In this document: one piece after another, positions 40,733 through 51,578 of the stretch
Position numbering within the stretch: position 1 is the stretch's first letter
How the letters are laid out: each line of letters starts with the position of its first letter
Assembly (NCBI GenBank): GCA_051294375.1
Contig: CM119263.1
Span: 11,881,130-11,945,129 of the forward strand
Source: Paraspadella gotoi
Taxonomy: Eukaryota > Animalia > Chaetognatha
Reading direction: 5' to 3'
Length of the DNA: 64,000 nucleotides
Program-made: the position numbers and the translations under genes
The notes under the pieces: model-generated
The model's input: the letters and a program-made list of their open reading frames with translations, nothing else
Told to the model about the DNA's origin: nothing
Databases searched by the model: none

Positions 40733-42736
40733 ATGAGATTTTCCACAAACTCCCGACGTCATCGGCGTCGTTTCGGGGTCGTTGCCGGCGTCGAGACGCT
40801 TCGTCTCTCGACGACCATGAGCGGGCATCATCGCGGGGTTTTTGATTCACAACGCCAGCGTTTCAACGTCACAACATCAAACGCGACGACGACAAAGAAG
40901 TTTAAAATAGAAGACGCTATCGAAAAACAACTGAATCGAGACTCTATTAAATGTTTGAACCGAAGCAAGATCGGTGCAATCAATGAGTTGCCCTCCTGGA
41001 ATCAAAGAACTTGGTGTTTCGTTCTCTTGGTTGTCATGGCGGCCATTGTGCCACGAACATTTGGCGTAAGTCCGAGGACCGGTGAAAATTCTGGACTTGT
41101 ATATGATATTTTTATTTAAAGTCTATTTAACCAAGCAAAACGTTATAATTTATGTTAGGCTTAAAACTGAATACATAAATTTAAACAACAAAAGATCAGA
41201 TCAGACTTAACTTGGTCACTGGTCAGCCTCCACTGATCAATAAACAGTTTTGCCGAAAACCTTTTCGCCGTTGCTTCGTCGTCGTTTTGTAATATTGTCG
41301 TTTCGATCAATTTTTTACATAATTTATAGATAATTCGTTTTTTTTTTGTTTTTTTTTTGGCACGGCTCCACCCGTGACTCTTTAGTGCCGTTTGTCAGTC
41401 CCTCTGTCCGTCGGTGTAAAGTAACAAAAGAAAGTAAAATTGGAATAAGTTGCTCGAGTCTAAATTTTCGGTGATGCGATGAAAAACGTAAGTAAGGAAT
41501 TTCGGTTCAGCGCACCTCCTTCCTCCAATGACAAGGAGGAGGTGAAAAAGAGGAGAAAAATTAGATGTGTTAAACTTAAACTTAAACTTAAACTTAAAGC
41601 AAAATGCTTTAGGAAATTTTAGGCAGAGAATAGAGTGATTATCCCCGATGACAAGCAAAAATTCCCCTAATCAATACCGTAATCTTAATTAACGATTAAT
41701 ATGATGACTCTAAAAATGGGACTATGTTTTTTCCCAGTTTTCCTAATTCTTTTTAATACAGAAATTTTTTTGAAAAAAGTTTTTTTTTTTTGTTTCCTCA
41801 TCCATCATTTTCCGGATTCTTATCAAAATCAAAACTTTCTTAACCGAATATTTGTTTTTCTTTTCCCCATTTTTTTTTTTTTTTTCAGGATTTTGTGCCG
41901 TCGACGTTCAATGATCGATGGACGGTGGGGACGACGTCGACGACGACGTCGACGACGACGACGTCGACGACGACGTCGACGATGACAATGACCGATCCTT
42001 TTTCCAGGGTCGGCCGAGAGAGCGAGGAGTTGAAAGAGGAGGGGAAGGGAGGAGGAGGAGCGGAGTCGTTCGAGAAGAAGAGGCAGGAGGAAAGGGGCGA
42101 AGTGAAGGCGGAAAATGATTCGAAAGGAATCCTCGCGGAGGAGAGAAGACGATCCGAGATTAAAATCCCAGTCGGCCAAAGACTTTTAGACAAAAGTCCG
42201 TCGCGAGACAAAGCGAAAGAAAAGCGAAGGGAAGACAAGTTTCGGCAAGAAAATGATTTACGGCAGGAAGAGCTGTTGGTGAAAGAAAACAACTCGCGGC
42301 AAGAAAATGAGTTTCAGAAGATGATCGAGTTGGAGAGAGACGCAACGAGCTTTAGCACCGTCGAGGTCGACAACCAAGAAAACTACGGCTTAACCAAAGC
42401 GGAAGACCCAAATAAGAAAAATTCCCACGGAATGGTATCGAACGACGCGCGCGAAAAATGGAGAGTGAGCGGAAGGCCAATGGGCAATAGTCTTAATGTA
42501 GGAAACGGATCGTCGAGAGTGGCCAGGGGTCTTCGAAGAAAATCGTCGGCCTCGTTGTCGTCGTCGCGTCGACGCGGACGAGGAAGTCGCATAGTCAGCG
42601 GAAGAGAATCCTCCTCGAAGCTGGAACAGGGTGCCAGCAATCCACTCACTTGCGGGCCATGCTACCAAATCTACTGTGCGGTGAAGAGGGCGTCCAAACT
42701 CAAGTGCAAAGGGGGTGAGTGGGCTGAGTATAACCG

Positions 42737-42812
<76 letters not shown>

Positions 42813-43616
42813 TATAAATCTTAGCTCCTTCGTGTATTAACATTTTTATAACCATGAACCATTTTCTTCCCTTCTCATTCTATTTCCTTTTCCCTATCCC
42901 GCCCTCTTCCCACTCAAAAGGGAAGACACTCGGCATTTGCAACTGCTGCCCTGTCTGCGCCAAGGTGGAGGGCGAGGCCTGTGGCGGCCAGCACGACTAC
43001 TTGGGCCGGTGCGACGTGGGGTCGCTCTGCGTGACGCGGGCGGCGCTCGTGGCGCAGAGGATGACGGGAGCCAGATTCGACTTTGGCGCTCGGGAGGCGG
43101 AGGAGGCACGAAGAAGGGGAGGAGTGTGTCAAAGAGGTGAGATATAATGTGTCAGCCACACCCGTTTTTTGGTTGTTTTTTTTTAACTACGAGCGCGCTG
43201 TAGCTGAATTTAAATTAATTTATTCTCATATTTAGTCGATGACAAATTGTCACGTGACCAGCCGAAGATTCCCAAGAAGTGTCTTCCAAAATGTACGGTG
43301 GACTTTTGTGGCAGAAAACCGACGGCAGTCTGCTCGGCAAGGTTAGTAGGTATATTAAATTGCATTGGTAAAGAGATGAAAGAAATAAAAAGGAAAAGAA
43401 AATAAGTTTGAAGGTGAAGGGGATAACGAAGAGGTAAGGGACGGATAAAAACTAACGGATGGACAGTCTTTTTTTTCATAATTGTTTTTTATTAATTTTT
43501 ATCGCTTAATTTTTCATCGTTGAATTTATAATTTATAATTTACGAACACGATATTGGGCGGAGACCGAGAGACTGACCAAGTGAATTATAGAGTCTGGTC
43601 TGATGGAAGTAGATAA
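40733..43616 (+). CDS. Secreted or anchored IGFBP-domain protein (CRIM1-like N-terminus) with Thr-rich and charged leader
   Basis: In-phase exons 40733-41065 (hydrophobic WCFVLLVVMAAIV), 41889-42714 (LTCGPC...C...KCKG), 42921-43136 (ICNCCPVCAKVEGEACGG...GRCDVGSLC) and 43236-43341 (CLPKCTVDFCGRKPTAVCSA). The last exon 43592-43616 and the start codon are tentative. Confidence 0.75.
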
Positions 43617-43784
43617 GAGAAGTGAGCGACTGTTAGTGTGAAGGTCAAGATTCGGACCGGTTTTGGCAACTCTTTGCATCTCGTCTTTTTCGTTCATCGA
43701 TCATGACCATTTTCCGCGATAAATTTTCAACTTGAAATATTTTTTTTTCGTCGCGACACCAATAATAAAAAAAGAAATAAAAAT

Positions 43785-45829
43785 ATGAGTGCCTGGCTGC
43801 TCATCGACTTTCTCCTCCTCTCCCTTTCCTGCCCATTTTGCCTTTCTTTTCCATCTCCTTCTTGCCCCCCCTCCCGGTATTCCTCCACCTGCCTCGCCGA
43901 CCCTTTGGGAGTTCGTTTCGTGGGTTCCATGGCCGTCTCAGCTTCCGGTCTACCTTGTCAGCGCTGGGACAATCAATGGCCAAACCCTCATCCTTTCAAC
44001 GACCCCGCTGACTTTCCCTGCATAGCCCATCTCCACCAGGCGGTCAATTTTTGCCGCAATCCCGACTCGGACACAGCGGGGCCTTGGTGCTTCACCGAAG
44101 CAGGCCGTGAACCGTGCTTGGTGCCGGTTTGTTCTAAGGTGAACGCGACGATCGAAGAGTGGGCTGTGGCGACAATACCAACGACTTCAACGAAAATGCC
44201 GACCGTCTCGGATGGGGACTACGACGATTACGGGGACACAGTGGAGGAAATTTGCGGGACTAGAAAAAGCGACTTTATCCGCGGCGGCGAAGATGCTGAT
44301 CAAGGAGCCTTTCCGTGGCAGGTTGTTGCGTTTGTCTTTGCATTTGTTCTTTTAAGAGGACAAGGCGTGGAAAAGGAGCCGCTACTGATAGGCAAATGAG
44401 CAAAAAAGAACATGTTGTGGCAATGGCTTCGCAGGCTAAATCATCTCTTTACAACCGCGTGTCCCGGGTTCAATCCCCGGGATCCCGGTTCTGGCTTAAA
44501 TGTGACGGAGTCGGTCTAAACATGCCAGTGACAAGAAGCGGTCACTGAGGGTCCGCAGCCAATACGCCATTTGGTGAGATACCCCGCGCCCCGGGTATCA
44601 CAGGCATTCCTCCCGTCGTCATAATGGAGTCTTATTTTTTTCATTTTTTCGTTGCTAATCACAGGTGAGTCTTGGCTTTGGTGACACCAAATGGTGGTTC
44701 CACGTCTGTGGCGCGGTTCTTATCAGCTCCACGCACGTTCTTACCGCAGCACACTGCGTGGAAAATCCTGGGTTAGTACTAGTAGTTTATTTAGCAGGAA
44801 ATAACAGTTTGAAATTTGAATATCGTTATTTTTTCTGCGAATATTCTTGACAAAACCTGCCATTCTCCACAGGGGACTCCCAAGAGCGCTCGTGGGCCTG
44901 GTCGACCTTCGTGAGGCCGACGACGACGTCCTCTACGAAGTGGCGCAAGTATTTCTCCATGAAGAGTGGAACTCCACCTTCGGTTTCATTGACCACGACA
45001 TCGCCGTTCTCAGGCTAGACCGAGCTGTCGTCTTCTCTATCAACGCTGTCCCTGCCTGTCTCCCGCCAAACGGGGTAAGAAATTAGTGGCGGGATGAGCA
45101 ATTGCAGGAAATTGCAGGAAATGCAGTAAAATTTAAGATAAAACTTATATAAACTTTTTGTCTCAGTTTCATAACGATGACAGTTGTGTTAGATGTCTCC
45201 TCCCGCTAACTAGCGTTTTACACTAGAAACTGTAGCATAAAAAATATCTTCTTAGGGCCTAGTATAAGGTTGTTGATTTTAAGCATTATTTTTCTATATG
45301 TTAAAATCTTTAAACGTTTTCATAATGTGATTATTAATAATTTATTCCATTTTCATACATATTTTCGTAGATTTGACTGGATTTCGAAAAATAATTTCTC
45401 TTTTCTACCTTTCATCCCTAGTACACTCCTTCCCTCGGGGCGGTGGGGCAAATTAGTGGATTCGGCATTTGGCGCGCCATTGACCCGAGCCACAATAGCA
45501 AGGCGGAGAATGCCTTCCGAACTTTGACGCCGTACGTGCTTCAGTGGACGACGTTACCCATAATCGACGATGCACAGTGCGGCCGTCTGCGACCTTATCA
45601 TCGGCCGGAGAACTTTTTTTGCGCTGGGAACGCCCACGTCAAGCGGACTGCGACATCGGGCGATTCTGGCAGTGGTTTCATCGATCCGGTTGGAGCAAGC
45701 GGCGTCGTTCCACGAGCGGCCGTCACTGGCATCGTCTCTTACGGCGAAGTGGAAGGTCTTTTCGGCCCTGTGGTCTTCGTGGAGGTAGCGAAATACTTGG
45801 ACTGGATTCAGTCTAAATTGACCTCGTAG
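43785..45829 (+). CDS. Kringle-domain S1A (trypsin-fold) serine protease
   Basis: Exons 43785-44321, 44666-44771, 44873-45074 and 45422-45829 are in phase. Kringle SGLPCQRWD...NFCRNPD...GPWCFT; activation site F|IRGG; triad TAAHC, DHDIAVL, GDSGS. Confidence 0.9.
44417..44624 (+). mobile_element. tRNA-derived SINE, short type, in a protease intron
   Basis: B box GGGTTCAATCC at 44466; core shared with 10235-10412; tail hairpins shared with 15157-15575. Confidence 0.72.
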
Positions 45830-46388
45830 CTTGGAGTAGTTTTGTCGCTTGATTGCTTCAATTATTTTCTTTTTTTTATTTATTTCCTTCTTTCTTTCTC
45901 GAATACGCACACAAATTGTTTCGTTTTTTTATTTATTTCTTTCTTTCTTTCTTTCTATTTTACTTTCTTTCTCTCTTTCTTTCTTTCTTTTTTTCTTTCT
46001 AAAATACACAAAAAAATAGACTAGATTTATTCAACCGAAAAACAAGAAATTATACAGTATGATAAACTCCAAACGTCATTCATTGTTAATGTACAAATCA
46101 ATAAAGTTGGTATTTGAAAAGTACTGTCCTCGTGATACAAATAAAATTTTCGATTTTCAATTTTTTTCCGTGGATGTTTGTTTGTTGATAATTAATTCAA
46201 TAAAAAAAATTAGTCTTCAGCTAAAAATGCTTTAGCACAATGAGTCATATCAAATACGAGTTAGACAGTTAATAACCTTGGGTTTATTTTATCCCTTTGT
46301 ACTTGCATCATTTAGGGTTCCTCTTTGAGTTATCACAATCTCTTTTTTCCCTTTCCCATTTCTTACAAATAATTAATAAATCTCTTTT

Positions 46389-48250
46389 TCATTCTCCTCC
46401 CACGGCGAGCGCGTCATTTTTGCTTTCCTTGTACTCCTCGTACTCAAGCTGAAATTCCAGCATCCTGAATGAGGGGCACTGGCGCACCTTGGACTTTCCT
46501 CCCTGTACTTGGTTAAGCAACTGCTCCGTCTTATTCGTGCTTAACTGGATGCCAGCGGTCGGGGAAAAACCGGCAGGTTCCTCTATCGGCGGGCGTCGTG
46601 GCAGGTTCGGAGACGCACCGGTTTGTCTGGGTGACGTACCGAGCTGATTAGGTTGAGGAGAGGCTCCTGCTTGACGTTTTAAGCTTGGAGAGGCGTTCGG
46701 AGGACGCAGGTGCGACTGAGGCGACACGCCTAGCAACTGTGGCTGAGGCGAAGCGCCAGCTTGGCGTCGCGTCGGCAGCGGCGAGGATCCAACAAGCGGC
46801 GCTGCCTGCACTTGAATGGCGGTAGAAAAGGAGACGGGCGATGCCGACGGGCGTAGATATTGCGTTTGGTGGTATTGCGGTGCATTGTGTGGTTGATGCT
46901 GCAGATGATCTTGAGGTGGCTGCAGATGAGTGGCAGCTCCATCTGGGACGACCTGCTCTGGCGGCAGTGGGTCAGACATGAGAAAGTCGTCGACCGACCG
47001 ACGAATCTCCACTCGGTTGCTGGGTTCCCACTGACGTTTGGATGGACGCACATTCGACTCATAGAGAACTTGTCCCTCGGCGCCACCTTAACAATTTTTT
47101 TTCTATTTTTAGTTGGTTATTTATTACAAAAAAGTTTCTCAACTTATGTCTGTATATTAATGACAAATGAGTATTATGTCAAAAATGATGATGCTGAGTG
47201 AAGATCGAAGATAGATTTTTCTCTTGAATTTCAAAAATGTAAATATTATTATTGGACAAAATTCCATTCCCATTTCGAATTCTATGAAGAAAAACATAGT
47301 GGATCTTAAAAAAGTCATTGTAATTTCTTTCTGCGTACATTCTCTTGATGAAATTATTATATTATATATATTACTGCTTATGATTTCTCTCCTAACAAAT
47401 AAGGGGTTAGCATAGTCACTTTTTGACTCTATTTTCTGGAAGCGTCCTATTTTTGTAAGCCAAGTAAAGCTAAAAACAATAAGGGGATAAATTTCGGTTT
47501 AAAAAAAAAAAAGAAATCCCGACCTTAATTTCGCGATTTTGACAATCGTTGCAAGAAACTTAAATTAAAACAACTAAAACGTTAGAAAGACATTTAATCC
47601 TAAAAAACAGATCGTATATTTTTTTATAATAATAAATGTGTGCGGTTTTTTTCGTGTCACTTGTTTTGAGAAACAGAGTATGTAAAAGATAAAATTTGAT
47701 TTTAAGTTACTATAATATCAAAAATATTTGTCCATATGATTAAACGACGATATAAATTTTTACTTTCAGACTTTGCTACAGGACCTATAGGGTTCGAGGA
47801 TGCAATAAAAATTGCCTGACTTATTGGATTTTTAAGATTATTGTTTGCTTGCAAACATTATAAAGCATAAAAATAACAAAATACAAACAAAAATATATTC
47901 ACGAAAATAACCTATGATCTGGTATAAAATCATTTTAATTACCATGGCAATCTAAAATAATAATAATTAGGTACGCCGAAATAATGGTAAATATAACGCA
48001 AATATAAAGTTTTCTCACCAAATACAGATACGTTTATGTCGGCAGCTTGTTGTTGTTTAACGATGTATGATTCCGCGGCGCTTTTGTGCTTTGCTTCTTC
48101 GACGAGGCGTTGTTTTTCCACCGCCGCTGCAACAGCAGCCGCCGCCGCTGCTCGAGAAGCTTCTGCCGCATTTCTCTGGGTGACATTGGTCAATGGGTCA
48201 AAGGGTTTAAGCAGGATATTTATCGGGTCGTTTGGGTCTAAATCCGACAT
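46389..48250 (-). CDS. Two-exon gene, 309-aa Pro/Gln/Ser-rich protein of unknown family
   Basis: Exon 48250-48019 (ATG, donor GTGAGA, phase 1) joins exon 47086-46389 in frame. Contains ASPQP-type repeats and a C-terminal QCPSFRML motif. Confidence 0.75.
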
Positions 48251-48601
48251 TTTTCAAATTATGTATATTTTAAATTGTTGGTATAGGTTGTTTTTTACGT
48301 CGCGGTGAGCGCCTGGAAGGGTTGTAATTGCGTGGGCGAGACCAAAGATTTCACTAACTTCAGGTGTAGAGAAAGAAACGCGTCAAATATTTTACTTTCA
48401 CCACACTACAGTTTGAAAATTATGTATCATAATATTGTATCTTTAAAGGTGTCGACAGTGAAAAGAGTCTTAATCTTCTTTTTATTTAGAATTTTAGATG
48501 GAGCAATAAATCGTTAAATTCAGCTAAGTCAAGCCAATTTCCTATCATTTAAATACAATTTTTTTATTTAAATATCATGAAATCAGTAGTGAGGCGTCGG
48601 T

Positions 48602-49750
48602 TTATAAGTCTTCATGAACGGGTAACCGAAAAAACAATCGCCCATACCCGAGGGACCTTTGAGAGAGGAAGACGTGGGAAAAATCGATAATAATCGTTAT
48701 CATATTAAAACAAAAAATCAATTAGTCGAACGATAGGACGAGTTTACTAACGATAACTGTTATGAAAGAAATGAAAGAGATAGTAAACTCGAGAAGTAAA
48801 TCATCCTTCTCTGTAAATCGAAGCCGTAACTTCCCGTCGACGCTACGGTCTCCTCTCACGTGAATCCCAACCTTGTGAGCCAAAGCGAGGTGACCGAGCG
48901 ACCCAGACGAGAGGATGTTGCGCTTTAATTTCTCGGGTAAATGGGGAACGGGGTCTTCACAAATTCTCAGTTCACTGGCTCTTTCAAATTCAAACGCAAA
49001 CGTTCGAGGAGATTGTAACTCAACCGTCGACTTGTCATAAATCTAGCAGTTTGACAAATGTTTTAGTATCCTCAGTCTTTGTGTATGAAAGTAACAAGAC
49101 TATTCGTTTCACTATGTTTTAAAAGAAAATATAGAAAATAATCATGGTATCATCATATTTTTTTGAAATTTCATCGCGTCTACCAGTTCGTTAAAAATTA
49201 AAATATTTTTTAGATGACGTGCCTGAGTGGTTAAAGGGAGTTGAGGTAGTCATTAGAAAAAGGCGTTGGTATTTATTATTATTTATTATTTACATTTTCT
49301 AAGTGCGAAAAGTTGATATTTATTTACCCCCCTCCACTCTTGTAGAGACGTCGCACTGACCACACGCTCTTGCCAAGGCTCTTGCCAACACACATCCTGC
49401 CGCGCCTGCTTCTTTGAGGCGGAGGCAGAGTGTCCCAAGTGCGCCAAAGATGACGTCGCTTGCATCCGCAGATTCGGCAGATGCAAGAAACGGGACAGGT
49501 GTACACGAAGAAAGTTTCCTTGCAAAGGAAAACCAAACAAGGTGATTTATATCGACTGGGTGCCGTATATATAGAATTAATATTAATCCTTTTCCGTATT
49601 TTTTTATTTTTTATTAATTTTTTTATTTTTTTGCAGTACGAGGAGAAAGGAAAGTTTATTTGCGAAGTTCCTCATTGCAAATGATGGGCAACCTCGAAAC
49701 TTACATTCACGCGCCGAAAAAATTACGCTTATGATTTGCTCTCAATTTCA
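48602..49750 (-). CDS. Small multi-exon gene of unknown family (about 190 aa; 5' end uncertain)
   Basis: Exons 49555-49328, 49042-48789 (IYDKSTVELQSPRTFAFEF...DDLLLE) and 48656-48602 (SLGYGRLFFRLPVHEDL*). The last two join in phase; the upstream frame needs a 1-nt correction. Confidence 0.55.
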
Positions 49751-50050
49751 TATATTTCTATAATCAAACGCCTTTAAAAATACATTGTTCCATGACTTAA
49801 TCATTGTCCAGTATAATTCTTAACAATTGTTTTACGTGTCATGATGAAATTCAACGTTTTAAAAATTGAACCCGATAAATCTTCCAAGTTTAAATTTGTT
49901 TTTAATAATTTACAACTGTCATGTAAATAGATGGCATCGGGAAGGCATGAAAAAAAAAGAACTAATTATTACCAGCATTAGTATATGTAATGTGTAATAT
50001 GTGTAATATGTAATTTCAATGAGACATCAATTCAAGCGTTACAACTTTAT

Positions 50051-50139
<89 letters not shown>

Positions 50140-50146
50140 AGAGAGG

Positions 50147-51513
50147 TTAAATATTTTCCACAAAGTCTTTGCCTTTGGTAGCCGAGGCAACGTCATCGGA
50201 AGACGCAAAAGCCCGCATCAGTTTCGCCATAAAAGCTTGGGTTTCACTCTCATTTGTTGTCAAAGAAGCTTGGAAATCATATGTATAGATCATTAAATGG
50301 AAGTGAATATAGTCGAGAGCAGTAGCAAGGGATATATCTAGATAAAAAGATTACCTTCAACCTGCTCGCATTGACCATCAACATCCGGTTCCAGCGTCGC
50401 GTCCGCCTCTGAAACTTCCAGTTCGGATTGGGTAACGGAGGTCATCCCGTCGACGCCTTCAGGTGCTTCGAGGAGATTTTCGTCCGGAAAACTCGCCCCA
50501 AAGGAGTCGATCGTCGGGGGGCATCCAGCTGCGATCGATTGCGACTTGACTTGCGACTCGGCAGAAGTTAGGGCGATCTTCAATGCAGAAACGAACTCGT
50601 CGGCATCTTGTGCCATGAGAAAAAGAAACAAACCAAGTGTGATGAAGTATTGAAAAATTGTTGTCATAATGACATCACATTGATATCATCAACATGTTGA
50701 AAGAGTTAAAATGTCTTGATTGAAATCTTGTTCGTGATTGCTAAGTTTAACTTAGTTATCACGTACTTTAACTGGTCCAAAGATAGCTTACTTTTTAATA
50801 ATGGTTGTACCAGTTTAAAAATGCAAAACACGGACGAATCCTTACAACCATATTTCTTTGCGCCCACCTTCTCCCAAGGTTTGTCCCTCCTGGGCCATCC
50901 ACGATTCTTCCGCCGTCACGGCAGGTTCAACCTTCGTTTCCCCTTCGCCCGAAACTAGAAAGAACGAAGCATCTTCCGCCTCGTCCTCGCCTTCCTCACT
51001 CGCTTCCCGCTTCACCGCTCGCCGACTCTCCGCGTACAATTCCGCTGCCGTCTCTTCGCGTCTGGTGCGTCGGCATCTGCTGGCTCGACGCAAGAGGCAG
51101 CGATGAGATTGCGAGGCCAACGATGTGCCGCCACAGGAATCGTGCCGTCGTTGAAATATCAGACCAGGGTAGAAGAGCGGCAGCGGCGTTACGGTTTCAG
51201 CCAGCCGCGGCGCTGTCCGACACCACCTTGGCGACGGCTCGGACCTCTTCGATGAGGAAGACACCGCGTCGACGAAGTCGACGGAGGGGATTGAGAGCGT
51301 CGGCAGAGCCGTGGCCGTCTCTAACTCTTCCTTCCCGACGATGGCGACACAGAAGGTTGGAGCGGAAAGCGAAACGGCCGTCGAGAGGCTTTGTCGTTGG
51401 ATTTGAAGGCGATCGCCGTTTAAGGGATTGCCGAATGGGTGGAGCTTATCGTCGACAATCGCAGCTTCGCCTAGGATTTCAACTGTGAGCGCATATTTTT
51501 GAGGAATTGGAAG

Positions 51514-51578
<65 letters not shown>

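Noticed and set aside
48248-48357. In-frame TGA two codons before ATG 48250 (readthrough or selenocysteine fusion)
   Set aside because: The upstream gene already ends at TAA 48602, the upstream frame is short, and I see no SECIS or readthrough context; a 5' UTR is simpler.
49216-49250. tRNA 5' fragment (GACGTGCCTGAGTGGTTAAAGG)
   Set aside because: Only an A-box-like piece with no rest of the cloverleaf.
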